A stretch of DNA of 14,671 bases, from contig CAZHPN010000155.1 in NCBI GenBank assembly GCA_964534375.1, positions 1 to 14,671 on the forward strand. The letters are read 5' to 3'. This document shows positions 1-8,379 of this stretch, one piece after another. The DNA is from an uncultured bacterium (lineage in GTDB: Bacteria; Lernaellota; Lernaellaia; Lernaellales; Lernaellaceae). The first letter of the stretch is position 1; each line of letters begins with the position of its first letter. Below the pieces are notes generated by a model. The model saw only the letters and a list, made by a program, of their open reading frames with translations. It was not told the DNA's origin and made no database searches. Made by a program: the position numbers and the translations under genes.

Positions 1-1239
1 CACGGCATGGAATGGGGCTTCAACTGGAAGCTCGGCCCGTTCCGCACGTGGGACGCGATCGGCCTGCGCAAGAGCGTCGACAAGATGAAGGCGGAAGGCA
101 AAGCGATCCCGCCGGCCATCGAGAAGATGCTGAGCCTGGGCAACGAGACCTTCTACAAGAAGGAAAAGGGCAAGGAATATCAGTACGACCTCGTCAACAA
201 CAAGTACGTCGAAATTCCGAAGAACCCGAAGATCATCATCCTGCCCGAAGATTCGAAAGCCAAAGTGGCCGAGAACGACGGCGCGACGATCTGGGACATC
301 GGCGATGGCGTGATCTGCCTGGAATTCCACACCAAGATGAACGCGATCGACCAGGAAGTCATCGATATGCAGCACAAGATGGTCGATCTGCTGGACGAGG
401 GCAAGTTCGAAGCGGCCGTCGTGGCCAACCACGGCGAAAACTTCTCGGTCGGCGCGAACCTGTTCCTGATCCTCATGGTCATGAACCAGGATCCGAAAGG
501 CGGCGCCGCGACGGTCGAGAAGCTCTGCCACGAACTGCAAAAAGCCAACATGCGCATGAAATACTGCAAGCGCCCCGTGGTCACGGCTCCGGCCGGCATG
601 GCCCTCGGCGGCGGCTGCGAAATCACCCTGCACGGCCAGAAGGTCGTCGCGGCGGCCGAAACCTACATCGGCCTGGTTGAAGTCGGCGTCGGCTTGATCC
701 CGGCGGGCGGCGGCACGAAAGAAATGGTGCTGCGCACCATCGAGGGCCGCGGCGACGCCAAAGCCCCGATTCTGCCGTTCGCGCAAAGAGCGTTCGAAAA
801 CGTCGCCACCGCGAAAGTGGCGATCGGCATGAAAGACGCCGTGGACAACGGCATCCTGCGCGCGTCCGACATTATGTGTCCGAGCCGCGATCTGCTGATT
901 CACCGGGCGAAGGAAGTCGCGCTGGGCATGCGGGAAGCCGGGTTCGATCCGGGCCTGCCGCGCACCGACATCGTGGTCGGCGGCGAAAGCACCAAAGCGG
1001 CCTTCATCGTCTTCGTGAAAGGCATGCGGGACAACGGTTACGTCAGCGACCACGACCTGCTGGTGTCGTCGAAAGTGGCGCACATCGTCGCGGGCGGCAA
1101 TCGCTGGGAAGGCCAGACGATCAGCGAGTGGGAACTGCTGGATCTCGAACGCGAAGCGTTCATGAGCCTGCTGGGCGAGCCCAAAACCCGCGAGCGGATG
1201 GCGTACATGCTGCAAAACAACAAACCTCTGCGGAACTAA
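1..1239 (+). CDS. fadN: 3-hydroxyacyl-CoA dehydrogenase / enoyl-CoA hydratase family protein (FadN-type), 5'-truncated by the window edge
   Basis: The frame is open from base 1 (CAC GGC ATG...). 'MEWGFNWKLGPFRTWDAIG' is the end of a 3HCDH C-terminal domain. It is followed by a crotonase-like domain ('NFSVGANL', 'GMALGGGCE', 'GLVEVGVGLIPAGGG') and the typical ending 'LLDLEREAF...KPLRN'. It lies directly upstream of a thiolase. Confidence 0.9.
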   Translation, partial: HGMEWGFNWKLGPFRTWDAIGLRKSVDKMKAEGKAIPPAIEKMLSLGNETFYKKEKGKEYQYDLVNNKYVEIPKNPKIIILPEDSKAKVAENDGATIWDIGDGVICLEFHTKMNAIDQEVIDMQHKMVDLLDEGKFEAAVVANHGENFSVGANLFLILMVMNQDPKGGAATVEKLCHELQKANMRMKYCKRPVVTAPAGMALGGGCEITLHGQKVVAAAETYIGLVEVGVGLIPAGGGTKEMVLRTIEGRGDAKAPILPFAQRAFENVATAKVAIGMKDAVDNGILRASDIMCPSRDLLIHRAKEVALGMREAGFDPGLPRTDIVVGGESTKAAFIVFVKGMRDNGYVSDHDLLVSSKVAHIVAGGNRWEGQTISEWELLDLEREAFMSLLGEPKTRERMAYMLQNNKPLRN

Positions 1240-1254
1240 GGGAGGGAGTGAACC

Positions 1255-2496
1255 ATGAGAGAAGTTGTCATCGTTTCCGCCTGCCGCACCGCGGTGGGCA
1301 AAGCCAACCGGGGCAGCCTGATTCACACCCGCCCGGACGAAATGGGCGGCGTGGTCCTCAAGGAAGTGATCAAGCGCGCCGGCATCGATCCGAAAGAAGT
1401 GCAGGACGTCATCATGGGTTGCGCGATGCCCGAGGCCGAGCAGGGCATGAACGTGGCGCGCCAGGCGATTCACTGCGCGGAACTTCCGGATGAAATTCCG
1501 GCGTTCACCATCAACCGCTATTGCAGTTCCGGCCTGAACTCGATCTGGCTGGTCAACCTCGACATCGCCTCCGGCATGATCGACATCGGCATCGGCGGCG
1601 GGACCGAGACCCAGTCGATGATCCCGATGGGCGGCAACAAAATCGTGCCGAACCTGCGGATGGCCGAGAAGTATCACAAGGCGTTCGTCGGCATGGGCAC
1701 GACGGCGGAAAACGTCGCGAAGCTCTACAAAGTCAGCCGCGAAGACCAGGACAAGTTCGGCCTGGCCTCGAACCTGAAGGCGGCGAAAGCGATCGCCGAA
1801 GGCCGCTTCAAAGAGCAAATCGTGCCGCTGCCCGCGCAGATTTATGACGGCAAAGGCAAGAAGAAAGAGTTCATCTTCGACACGGACGAAGGTCCGCGCG
1901 GCGACTCGACGATCGATGGCATGGCGAAGCTGAAACCCGCCTTCGCCAATCCGGCGTCGAAGTATCCGGGCAAAGACGGCCTCGGCACCGTGACGGCCGC
2001 GAACTCCTCGCAGATGAGCGACGGCGCCGCGGCGGTGCTGTTGATGGCGAAGGAAGTGGCCGAGAAGAAAGGCATCAAGCCGTTGGCCAAGCTGCACGCG
2101 TTCCGCGTGGTGGCGTTCGACCCGGACGTCATGGGCATCGGACCGGCGCTGGCGATTCCGGCCTTGCTGGAAACCGTCAACAACCAGCGCAAGGCGGCCG
2201 GCGAGAAAGCGCTGACCCTCAATGACATCGGCGTGTTCGAGATCAACGAGGCGTTCGCGTCGCAGGCGCTGTATTGCTGCCGCGTGCTCGGCCTCGAAGG
2301 CGACGCCCGCGTCAATCCCAACGGCGGCGCCATTGCGTTGGGCCATCCGCTGGGCTGCACCGGCGCGAAGCTCTCGACGCAGATCATCTATCACATGAAG
2401 GACAACAACCTGAAGTACGGCATCGTCTCGATGTGCATCGGCGGCGGCATGGGCGCCGCGGGCCTCTTCGAGAACCTGCAGTACAAGGCGAATTGA
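1255..2496 (+). CDS. fadA: Acetyl-CoA C-acyltransferase (3-ketoacyl-CoA thiolase)
   Basis: Thiolase motifs are intact: 'INRYCSSG' (nucleophilic Cys), 'EINEAFASQ', 'NPNGGAIALGHPLG' (His) and 'SMCIGGGMGAA' (second Cys). A GGAGGGAG Shine-Dalgarno lies upstream. Confidence 0.96.
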   Translation: MREVVIVSACRTAVGKANRGSLIHTRPDEMGGVVLKEVIKRAGIDPKEVQDVIMGCAMPEAEQGMNVARQAIHCAELPDEIPAFTINRYCSSGLNSIWLVNLDIASGMIDIGIGGGTETQSMIPMGGNKIVPNLRMAEKYHKAFVGMGTTAENVAKLYKVSREDQDKFGLASNLKAAKAIAEGRFKEQIVPLPAQIYDGKGKKKEFIFDTDEGPRGDSTIDGMAKLKPAFANPASKYPGKDGLGTVTAANSSQMSDGAAAVLLMAKEVAEKKGIKPLAKLHAFRVVAFDPDVMGIGPALAIPALLETVNNQRKAAGEKALTLNDIGVFEINEAFASQALYCCRVLGLEGDARVNPNGGAIALGHPLGCTGAKLSTQIIYHMKDNNLKYGIVSMCIGGGMGAAGLFENLQYKAN

Positions 2497-2520
2497 CCTT
2501 CGCGTTACGGCGATGACGCC

Positions 2521-2553
2521 AAGGCCGGGGCCGATAGGCTCCGGCCTTTTTTT
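2521..2553 (+). terminator. Rho-independent terminator of the fad operon
   Basis: AAGGCCGGGGCC-GATA-GGCTCCGGCCTT hairpin (one G:U pair) running into a T7 tract, 24 nt after the thiolase stop. Confidence 0.9.
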
Positions 2554-2626
2554 GTTGCGCGTGGCGGAAACGGCGCCTCCGTTGCGCGTCCCGGCGGGCA
2601 TCGTCGCGGCAAGCCGCGACCGCCGC

Positions 2627-2655
2627 TTGACGGACGGTTCTCGACGCGGTAATCA
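2627..2655 (+). promoter_or_regulatory. Possible sigma70-type promoter for the PH-domain gene
   Basis: TTGACG-17 nt-TAATCA. The -10 element is imperfect. Confidence 0.35.
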
Positions 2656-2696
2656 TCGGCCATCGGGATATCAAACCAATCATGAAAGGCGGACAA

Positions 2697-3167
2697 ATGA
2701 ACTACGTCGATTCCAATTTGTTGTCCGGCGAGACGGTCGCTTACCGCGCGCAGTTGCACTGGATCGTCTATCTCCGCCCGGCCTTTATCCTGTTTCTCGC
2801 GCTCGTCGACGCCATTTTTGCCATGTCGCTTTCGCGCGAGTGGCGCGGCGTCATGCTGATTATCGCCGGCGTCGTCGGCGCGGTCGCGGCGCTCGATTTC
2901 ATTGCCGCTCGCGTCCGCATTCTGTCTTCCGAATTCGCCGTCACCAACAAACGCGTTATCATTAAATTAGGTTTGTTTACGCGGCGGACCTTGGAAATGA
3001 ACCTGGTCAAGGTGGAGAGCGTCGGGGTCGAGCAGTCGTTTCTCGAACGAGCGCTCGGTTGCGGCACGATCGTCGTCATCGGCTCGGGCGGCACGAAAGA
3101 ATGGTACAGCCGCATTGCGGCCCCGCTCGAGTTTCGCAAAGCCGTCGAGGCCGCCACGCTGCCGTAA
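2697..3167 (+). CDS. Membrane protein with bacterial PH domain (bPH_2/YdbS-like)
   Basis: N-terminal 'YVDSNLLSGETVAYRAQLHW', two hydrophobic helices, then 'EFAVTNKRVIIKLGLFTRRTLEMNLVKVESVGVEQSFLERALGCGTIVVIGSGG', typical of this family. ATG 2697 is preferred over 2682 because GAAAGGCGGA provides an SD for it. Confidence 0.85.
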   Translation: MNYVDSNLLSGETVAYRAQLHWIVYLRPAFILFLALVDAIFAMSLSREWRGVMLIIAGVVGAVAALDFIAARVRILSSEFAVTNKRVIIKLGLFTRRTLEMNLVKVESVGVEQSFLERALGCGTIVVIGSGGTKEWYSRIAAPLEFRKAVEAATLP

Positions 3168-3183
3168 CGGACGGCGCCGTCAT

Positions 3184-3212
3184 TTGCCCGGTTCGCTCAA
3201 TTAACGTAAGAT
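3184..3212 (+). promoter_or_regulatory. Putative sigma70 promoter of the glycosyltransferase/radical SAM operon
   Basis: TTGCCC (3184-3189)-17 nt-TAAGAT (3207-3212) in an AT-richer intergenic patch. The ATG follows 9 nt later with no SD. Confidence 0.55.
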
Positions 3213-3221
3213 TCCCCAGCC

Positions 3222-5222
3222 ATGCGGAAGAAAGTCCTGATCGTCGCCTGTGAATTGCCGCCGTTGCCGGGTTTGCCGACCCGGGGCGGCGGGCTGCGCA
3301 TTTGGGGGCTCGGCGAAGGGCTCAAGGCGCACGGGCACGACGTGCGTTACGCGCTGCCGAAGGCGGCCGTGCCGGCGGGCGTCGAATTGCCGGTCGAATT
3401 GGCGAATTTGCTGTACGAGCCCGAGACGTTGACCGAGACCGTGCTCGCCGCCGCGCCGGATGCGGTCATCGTCGAGCAGTGGGGCCTCGCGACTTACCTC
3501 GACGATTTAAAAATTCCGCTGGCCATCGATTTGCACGGCCCGCTGTCGCTCGAAAACGCCTTTAAAGAGGAAAGCAACTTTCTTTCCGACGCGCTGACGA
3601 AAATCGATGCGTTGGCGAAGGCCGATCTGCTGATCTGCCCGGGCGAATATCAGCGACAATATTTTCTGAGTTGGTTTTTGCTCGCAGGCGCCGCGCCGCG
3701 GCAGGCGCCGACGATCGTCGTGCCGATCGGGTTCCCGCCGACGCCGCCCGCGCGCCGCGAACCGGAGAACCTGCGCTTCGTTTTCGGCGGCGTGACCTGG
3801 CCGTGGATCGACCCGTTCCCCGGCCTCGAAATCCTCGCGCGCCGCGTCGCCGCGCACGAGACCGCCGCGCTGGATTTATTCGTCGGCGCGCCGGCCATGA
3901 ATTATCAGCATCCGCTCTACGCGATCAACAAGAACATCTTCCGCGATTACGGCGAGCGGCTGGCGAACCTCGCGCGCGTGGCCTTCCACGACCTGACGCC
4001 CCGCGAGCAATTGCTCGACGTCTACGCCGGAGCGTCGGTCGCGTTCGACCTTTATCAGCCGAACCCCGAACGCCAACTCGCCGTCACCACGCGCACGGTC
4101 GAATATCTCTGGTGCGGCCTGCCGCCGCTTTACGGCGATTACGGCGAATTGGCCGCGCCGATCCGCCTGTACGACGCCGGCTGGGTCGTCGATCCGGCCG
4201 ACGAAAAAGCGATCGGCGCCGCGCTGGACGAAATCTTCGGCGACCCGGCGAGCGTCCGTCGCAAAAGCGCCAATGCGCAGCGCCTCGCCATGGAGCGTTT
4301 CGCGTGGGACCGCGCCGCGGCGCCGCTCGCGCGCTTCCTCGACAGCCCAACGATCCGCGAGAAAAAACCGACGCTGCTGGCCGGCTTCCGCGACTATTTC
4401 CGCAAGGAAAGCGTGAACCAGATTCTCGCGGCCAAAGAGCAGGTCGGCAAACTCAACGAGGCCCTGCGTGAAGCGGCCGTGCAGGCCGACGCCGACCGGC
4501 GCGAACGCGACAAGAAGCACGAAGACCTGTCGCTCGAATTCAAAAAGTTCCAGCAGGAAAACGACCAGCGGCTGAGCCGCCAGGCCGATCTGCACCGCGA
4601 AGAACTCGGCCGCAAGGAAGACGACCTGCGCCGCCAGCAGGAAAAGCTGGATCGCGAAATCGAGAAGCGCGACGCCGAAAACGAACGCCTGCGCGCCGAG
4701 CAAAAGTCCGCGGTGGCCGAGGCGTATGAAGAAATCGCGCGGCTGAATCAAGACAAGGAAGCTCAGCGGCTGGCGCACGAAGAAGAAGTCCGCGGCCTGG
4801 TCGCCGTGCACGATGCGGCGATGGCCGAGCGTCGCGCCGAGGCCGAGCGCCAAAGCGGCCTGATCGAGCAACTCGCGCAGGAACGCGACGCCGTCAAAGC
4901 GACGATGGCCGGCCGGCTGGCGGAGATCGAACGCGCGGTCGCCGACAAAGAGCGCTACGTCGAAACGGCCGAGCGCCGCCTGGGTGAAATGGAAGCCGAG
5001 ACCGCGACGCTACGCAAACGCGCCGCGCTGCTCGAGCGCCGCCTCGCCGATTTCGAAGACGACGAGAAATTGAAAACGCGCGCGCGCCGGCGGTTCCGGC
5101 TGGTGCGGCTGGTTGCGCAGGCGCCGCGGCTGGCGTGGCTGCTCGCGGTCAACCTCGGCGCGAATATCTATATGAAGATTTACGAAAAGCGGAAGGGAAT
5201 TAAGATTTTCCCGGGGACCTGA
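3222..5222 (+). CDS. GT4-like (GT-B) glycosyltransferase with long C-terminal coiled coil and amphipathic tail
   Basis: N-terminal 'KVLIVACE...GGGLRIWGLGEGLKAHGHDV', later 'TTRTVEYLWCGLP' and 'ERFAWDRAAAPL'. About 220 aa of E/K/R/A/Q-rich heptad sequence follow, then a basic/hydrophobic C-terminal helix. Confidence 0.85.
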   Translation: MRKKVLIVACELPPLPGLPTRGGGLRIWGLGEGLKAHGHDVRYALPKAAVPAGVELPVELANLLYEPETLTETVLAAAPDAVIVEQWGLATYLDDLKIPLAIDLHGPLSLENAFKEESNFLSDALTKIDALAKADLLICPGEYQRQYFLSWFLLAGAAPRQAPTIVVPIGFPPTPPARREPENLRFVFGGVTWPWIDPFPGLEILARRVAAHETAALDLFVGAPAMNYQHPLYAINKNIFRDYGERLANLARVAFHDLTPREQLLDVYAGASVAFDLYQPNPERQLAVTTRTVEYLWCGLPPLYGDYGELAAPIRLYDAGWVVDPADEKAIGAALDEIFGDPASVRRKSANAQRLAMERFAWDRAAAPLARFLDSPTIREKKPTLLAGFRDYFRKESVNQILAAKEQVGKLNEALREAAVQADADRRERDKKHEDLSLEFKKFQQENDQRLSRQADLHREELGRKEDDLRRQQEKLDREIEKRDAENERLRAEQKSAVAEAYEEIARLNQDKEAQRLAHEEEVRGLVAVHDAAMAERRAEAERQSGLIEQLAQERDAVKATMAGRLAEIERAVADKERYVETAERRLGEMEAETATLRKRAALLERRLADFEDDEKLKTRARRRFRLVRLVAQAPRLAWLLAVNLGANIYMKIYEKRKGIKIFPGT

Positions 5223-7756
5223 TGAATATCCTGATGCTCCATCCGCACGACGTGTACTCCAATTCGGAGCCGTGGACCGTGCGCATCACCTATCTCGCGA
5301 GCGAGATGGTCAAGCGCGGGCATCACGTGCGGCTGATTTATCACCTGCTCGATCCGCGCGTCAGCCTGGAAGAGGCCACCGCGCGCCAGGATTTTCCGTT
5401 CACCACGATTCCCGCATACCGCCATCAGATGACGCTCGTCGCCAAGATGAAGAGCGCGGTCGAATTCGCGCGCTGGGCCGACGTCATCCATTTTCAGAAG
5501 TGCTTCCCGCACGTCAGCGTCCCGGCGGTCTGGGCCGGATATAAATTGGGTAAACCGGTCCATTACGATTGGGACGATTGGGAATACGGCATTTTCAATT
5601 ACAACCCCGGCAACCGCGTCGTCGGCCGGACGATCGATATTTTCGAGCGGATCCTCCCGCGCCTCGCGGACACCGTGAGCGTCGCCTCCGACGCCTTGCG
5701 CGAGCGGGCGCTGGCGCTCGGCGTGCGGCCGCAGCGGATTTTCGAAGCGCACGTCGGCGCGGACTTAACGCATTTTCGGCCCGATATTTCCGGCCATCGC
5801 GTGCGGGCGCTGCACCACATCGAAGGGCCGATGGTGTTGTACCTCGGCCAGCTTCACGGCGCGCAATATCTCGAACTGTTTCTCCACGCGGCGAAAATCC
5901 TGATCGAACGCGGCTCGCCGGCGGTGTTCGTGGTGGTCGGCGGCGGCGACCGCTTTGGCGAATTGTTCCAATTGACCGAGCAACTCGGCATCGGCCACCG
6001 CGTCGTGTTCACCGGCGCGGTCGATCACAACGAAATTCCGGAATACGTCGCCGCGGCCGACGTATGCGCGGCGTGCTTCGAAGACACCGAACAGCAGCGC
6101 TCGAAAAGCCCGCTCAAGATTTGTGAATATCTCGCCGCAGGCAAGGCGATCGTCGCCAGCCGCGTCGGCGAAGTTCCGCACATGGTTGGCGACGCCGGTG
6201 TGCTGGTCGAGCCGGGCAACGTCGAGCAACTGGCAGGCGGCATCGAGCGCCTGCTGGCCGATCCGATGTGGCGGCGCGAGCTGGGCGCAAAGGCCCGGCG
6301 GCGCGCGGAAATGAAATATAACTGGGGCGTGACGGCCGAGAATCTGCTGCTCGCCTATGAGGCGGGCCTGCGCGAACGTCGCTGGCTTTTCTGGCAGACC
6401 GAACCGAAAAAAAAAACTTCTGAGCTAGCCGCGGATGGGCGAGGCCGGTCGGACGGGTCGGACAAGTCGGACACGTCGGACAAGCCCGGCGCAGCCGACG
6501 ACAACCGTGCCGTGCCGGCCGACGGCCTGCTCGGCCGCGTGCGCGGTTTCGTCGAGGCCAATCTCGATCTGGTTGGCGCGCTCGACGGCCGCGAGAGTTA
6601 CATTGGGCCGCACACGGTGCAGATCGACCCGACCAACCGCTGCAACAACGATTGCCTCGCTTGCTGGTGCAACAGCCCGCTGCTGCTCGACAAGGCGCTG
6701 CCGAGTCCGAGCCGCGACGCCGTGCTGCCGCTGCCGCTGATCGTGCAATTGCTCGACGACATGACCGCGCTCGGCAGCAAAGAGGTCTACCTCGCCGGCG
6801 GGGGCGAGCCGTTTTGCCATCCGGACATCAAACGCATCGTCGCCGAAATCAAGGCGCGCGGCCTGATCTGCAACATCAACACGAATTTCACGCTGATCGA
6901 CGAAGAGACGGCGCGTTTTCTCGCCGAGCAGCGCGTCGATTTCATGACTGTCTCGGTCTGGGCGGGGACGCCGGAAACCTACAGCCTGCTGCACCCGAAC
7001 AAGACCGAAGAAACGTTCGTGCAGATCAAAAACATCTTGCGCTATCTCAACGCGACCAAGCGCGAGGTCCCGCGCATCAAAGTCTACAACGTCATCAGCA
7101 ATATCAATTTTCAGGAATTGCCGGCGATGATCGACTTCGCGCTGCAGACCGGTTCGGAATCCGTCGAGTTCACCGTGCTCGACGTCATCCCCGGCCGCAC
7201 CGACGGCCTGCTGCTCGATGAAAATCAGCGCCGCTGGCTCCACGCGGAAGCGCTCCGCCAGCGCGAGCGGATTGAGCGCGAAACGCCGCCGCGGCTGCAC
7301 CTCTTCAAATACGACCAATTCCTGCGGCGCATCGGCGGCGAACACACGCTGGCCGGCGAACACGACAAGACGATCGTCGACGCCCTGCCCTGCACCGTCG
7401 GCTGGCAGTTCGCCCGCGTGCTGGCCGACGGCAACGTCAACCAATGCCTGAAGGCGCACCGCATTCCCGCGGGCAACTTGCGCGACGTGCGTTTCCGCGA
7501 CCTCTGGACCGGCCCGCGCCAGCGCGATTGGCGCGCGAAAACCAACGTGCTGGAAAAAAGCGACGCGTGGTTCGCGCAGATCGGCAACGACCCGGAGGCG
7601 CGGGTCGGCTGCTATAAATCCTGCGACGACCTCGGCCGCCTCGAACACCTCGCGCGGCGCTATCAGGCGCTGACACCGACGCAGCGCGCGGCGCTCAAGG
7701 GCGCGGCGCTGTGGCTGCGCGCGCGCGGCAAGCACTTGCAATCGGCGGACGCATGA
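5222..7756 (+). CDS. GT4 glycosyltransferase - radical SAM (SPASM/Twitch-type) fusion protein
   Basis: aa 1 to about 390 are GT4 ('MNILML', 'RGHHVRLI', 'KSPLKICEYLAAGKAIVASRVG', 'YNW'). After a low-complexity linker come the radical SAM CxxxCxxC motif 'CNNDCLAC' (6641-6664), 'AGGGEPF', and C-terminal cysteines 'PCTVGW...NQC...GCYKSC'. The start overlaps the previous stop (TGATG). Confidence 0.9.
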   Translation: MNILMLHPHDVYSNSEPWTVRITYLASEMVKRGHHVRLIYHLLDPRVSLEEATARQDFPFTTIPAYRHQMTLVAKMKSAVEFARWADVIHFQKCFPHVSVPAVWAGYKLGKPVHYDWDDWEYGIFNYNPGNRVVGRTIDIFERILPRLADTVSVASDALRERALALGVRPQRIFEAHVGADLTHFRPDISGHRVRALHHIEGPMVLYLGQLHGAQYLELFLHAAKILIERGSPAVFVVVGGGDRFGELFQLTEQLGIGHRVVFTGAVDHNEIPEYVAAADVCAACFEDTEQQRSKSPLKICEYLAAGKAIVASRVGEVPHMVGDAGVLVEPGNVEQLAGGIERLLADPMWRRELGAKARRRAEMKYNWGVTAENLLLAYEAGLRERRWLFWQTEPKKKTSELAADGRGRSDGSDKSDTSDKPGAADDNRAVPADGLLGRVRGFVEANLDLVGALDGRESYIGPHTVQIDPTNRCNNDCLACWCNSPLLLDKALPSPSRDAVLPLPLIVQLLDDMTALGSKEVYLAGGGEPFCHPDIKRIVAEIKARGLICNINTNFTLIDEETARFLAEQRVDFMTVSVWAGTPETYSLLHPNKTEETFVQIKNILRYLNATKREVPRIKVYNVISNINFQELPAMIDFALQTGSESVEFTVLDVIPGRTDGLLLDENQRRWLHAEALRQRERIERETPPRLHLFKYDQFLRRIGGEHTLAGEHDKTIVDALPCTVGWQFARVLADGNVNQCLKAHRIPAGNLRDVRFRDLWTGPRQRDWRAKTNVLEKSDAWFAQIGNDPEARVGCYKSCDDLGRLEHLARRYQALTPTQRAALKGAALWLRARGKHLQSADA
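6407..6416 (+). repeat. A10 homopolymer in the GT/radical SAM linker
   Basis: CCG AAA AAA AAA ACT TCT GAG CTA G; the longest homopolymer I found in the window. Confidence 0.9.
6448..6483 (+). repeat. 9-bp tandem repeat (GTCGGACnn) x4 encoding SDG-SDK-SDT-SDK
   Basis: GTCGGACGG GTCGGACAA GTCGGACAC GTCGGACAA read directly from the sequence. Confidence 0.9.
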
Positions 7757-8379
7757 CCGAGTTCTTTTATCGCGACGACCGCGCCGAGCGGCCATGGCGT
7801 TTGGCGAACGTGCCCTTGCGCGTTGAACGTCCGGACGATCTGCCGGCGCGCGTCGCTGAATTGCTCGCGGCGGGAAAGGCGGTCGGCTGGTTTCAGGGCG
7901 GGTCCGAGTTCGGTCCGCGCGCGCTGGGGCAGCGCAGCATCCTTGCCGACCCGCGCGACCCGAACATGCCCGCATTTCTGAACGAGCGCATCAAGCACCG
8001 TCAGTGGTTCCGCCCCTACGCGCCGGCGGTGCTGCTCGAGCATCTGCCCGAGTGGTTCGAACTCGACGCGCCGAGCCCGCACATGCTGCTCGTCGCGCGC
8101 GTGCGGCCCGAAAAGCGCGCGGCAGTGCCGGCGATCGTGCACGTGGACGGCACCGCCCGCATTCAGACCGTCGCACCGGAGAGCGGGCCGTTTCGCCGCG
8201 TCATCGAAAGTTTCCACGCGGTGACCGGCGTGCCGCTGGTGCTCAACACGAGTTTCAACGACCACGGCGAACCGATCGTCGAAACGCCGCTCGACGCTTA
8301 TCAATGCTTCGCCGCGACCGATCTCGCGTTTCTCGCGATCGGGCCGCTGCTGATCGCGAAGGACGGCTCCCATGGCTAA
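7753..8379 (+). CDS. Carbamoyltransferase C-terminal (YrdC-like) domain, stand-alone protein (CmcH/NodU/TobZ family)
   Basis: 'VGWFQGGSEFGPRALGQRSILADPR', 'IKHRQWFRPYAP' (KxRxxxRP), 'AIVHVDGTARIQTV' and 'VLNTSFN...EPIVETP'. The start is placed at ATG 7753, which overlaps the upstream TGA (ATGA), rather than the ORF-track start at 7711. Confidence 0.92.
   Translation: MTEFFYRDDRAERPWRLANVPLRVERPDDLPARVAELLAAGKAVGWFQGGSEFGPRALGQRSILADPRDPNMPAFLNERIKHRQWFRPYAPAVLLEHLPEWFELDAPSPHMLLVARVRPEKRAAVPAIVHVDGTARIQTVAPESGPFRRVIESFHAVTGVPLVLNTSFNDHGEPIVETPLDAYQCFAATDLAFLAIGPLLIAKDGSHG

Noticed and set aside
2513..2965. 150-aa ORF overlapping the terminator and the PH-domain gene
   Set aside because: It runs through the terminator, has low-complexity Arg-rich composition, and conflicts with the better-supported 2697-3167 gene.
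6448..6483. Possible CRISPR-like repeat array
   Set aside because: The units are only 9 bp, have no spacers, lie in frame within a CDS, and no cas genes are present.
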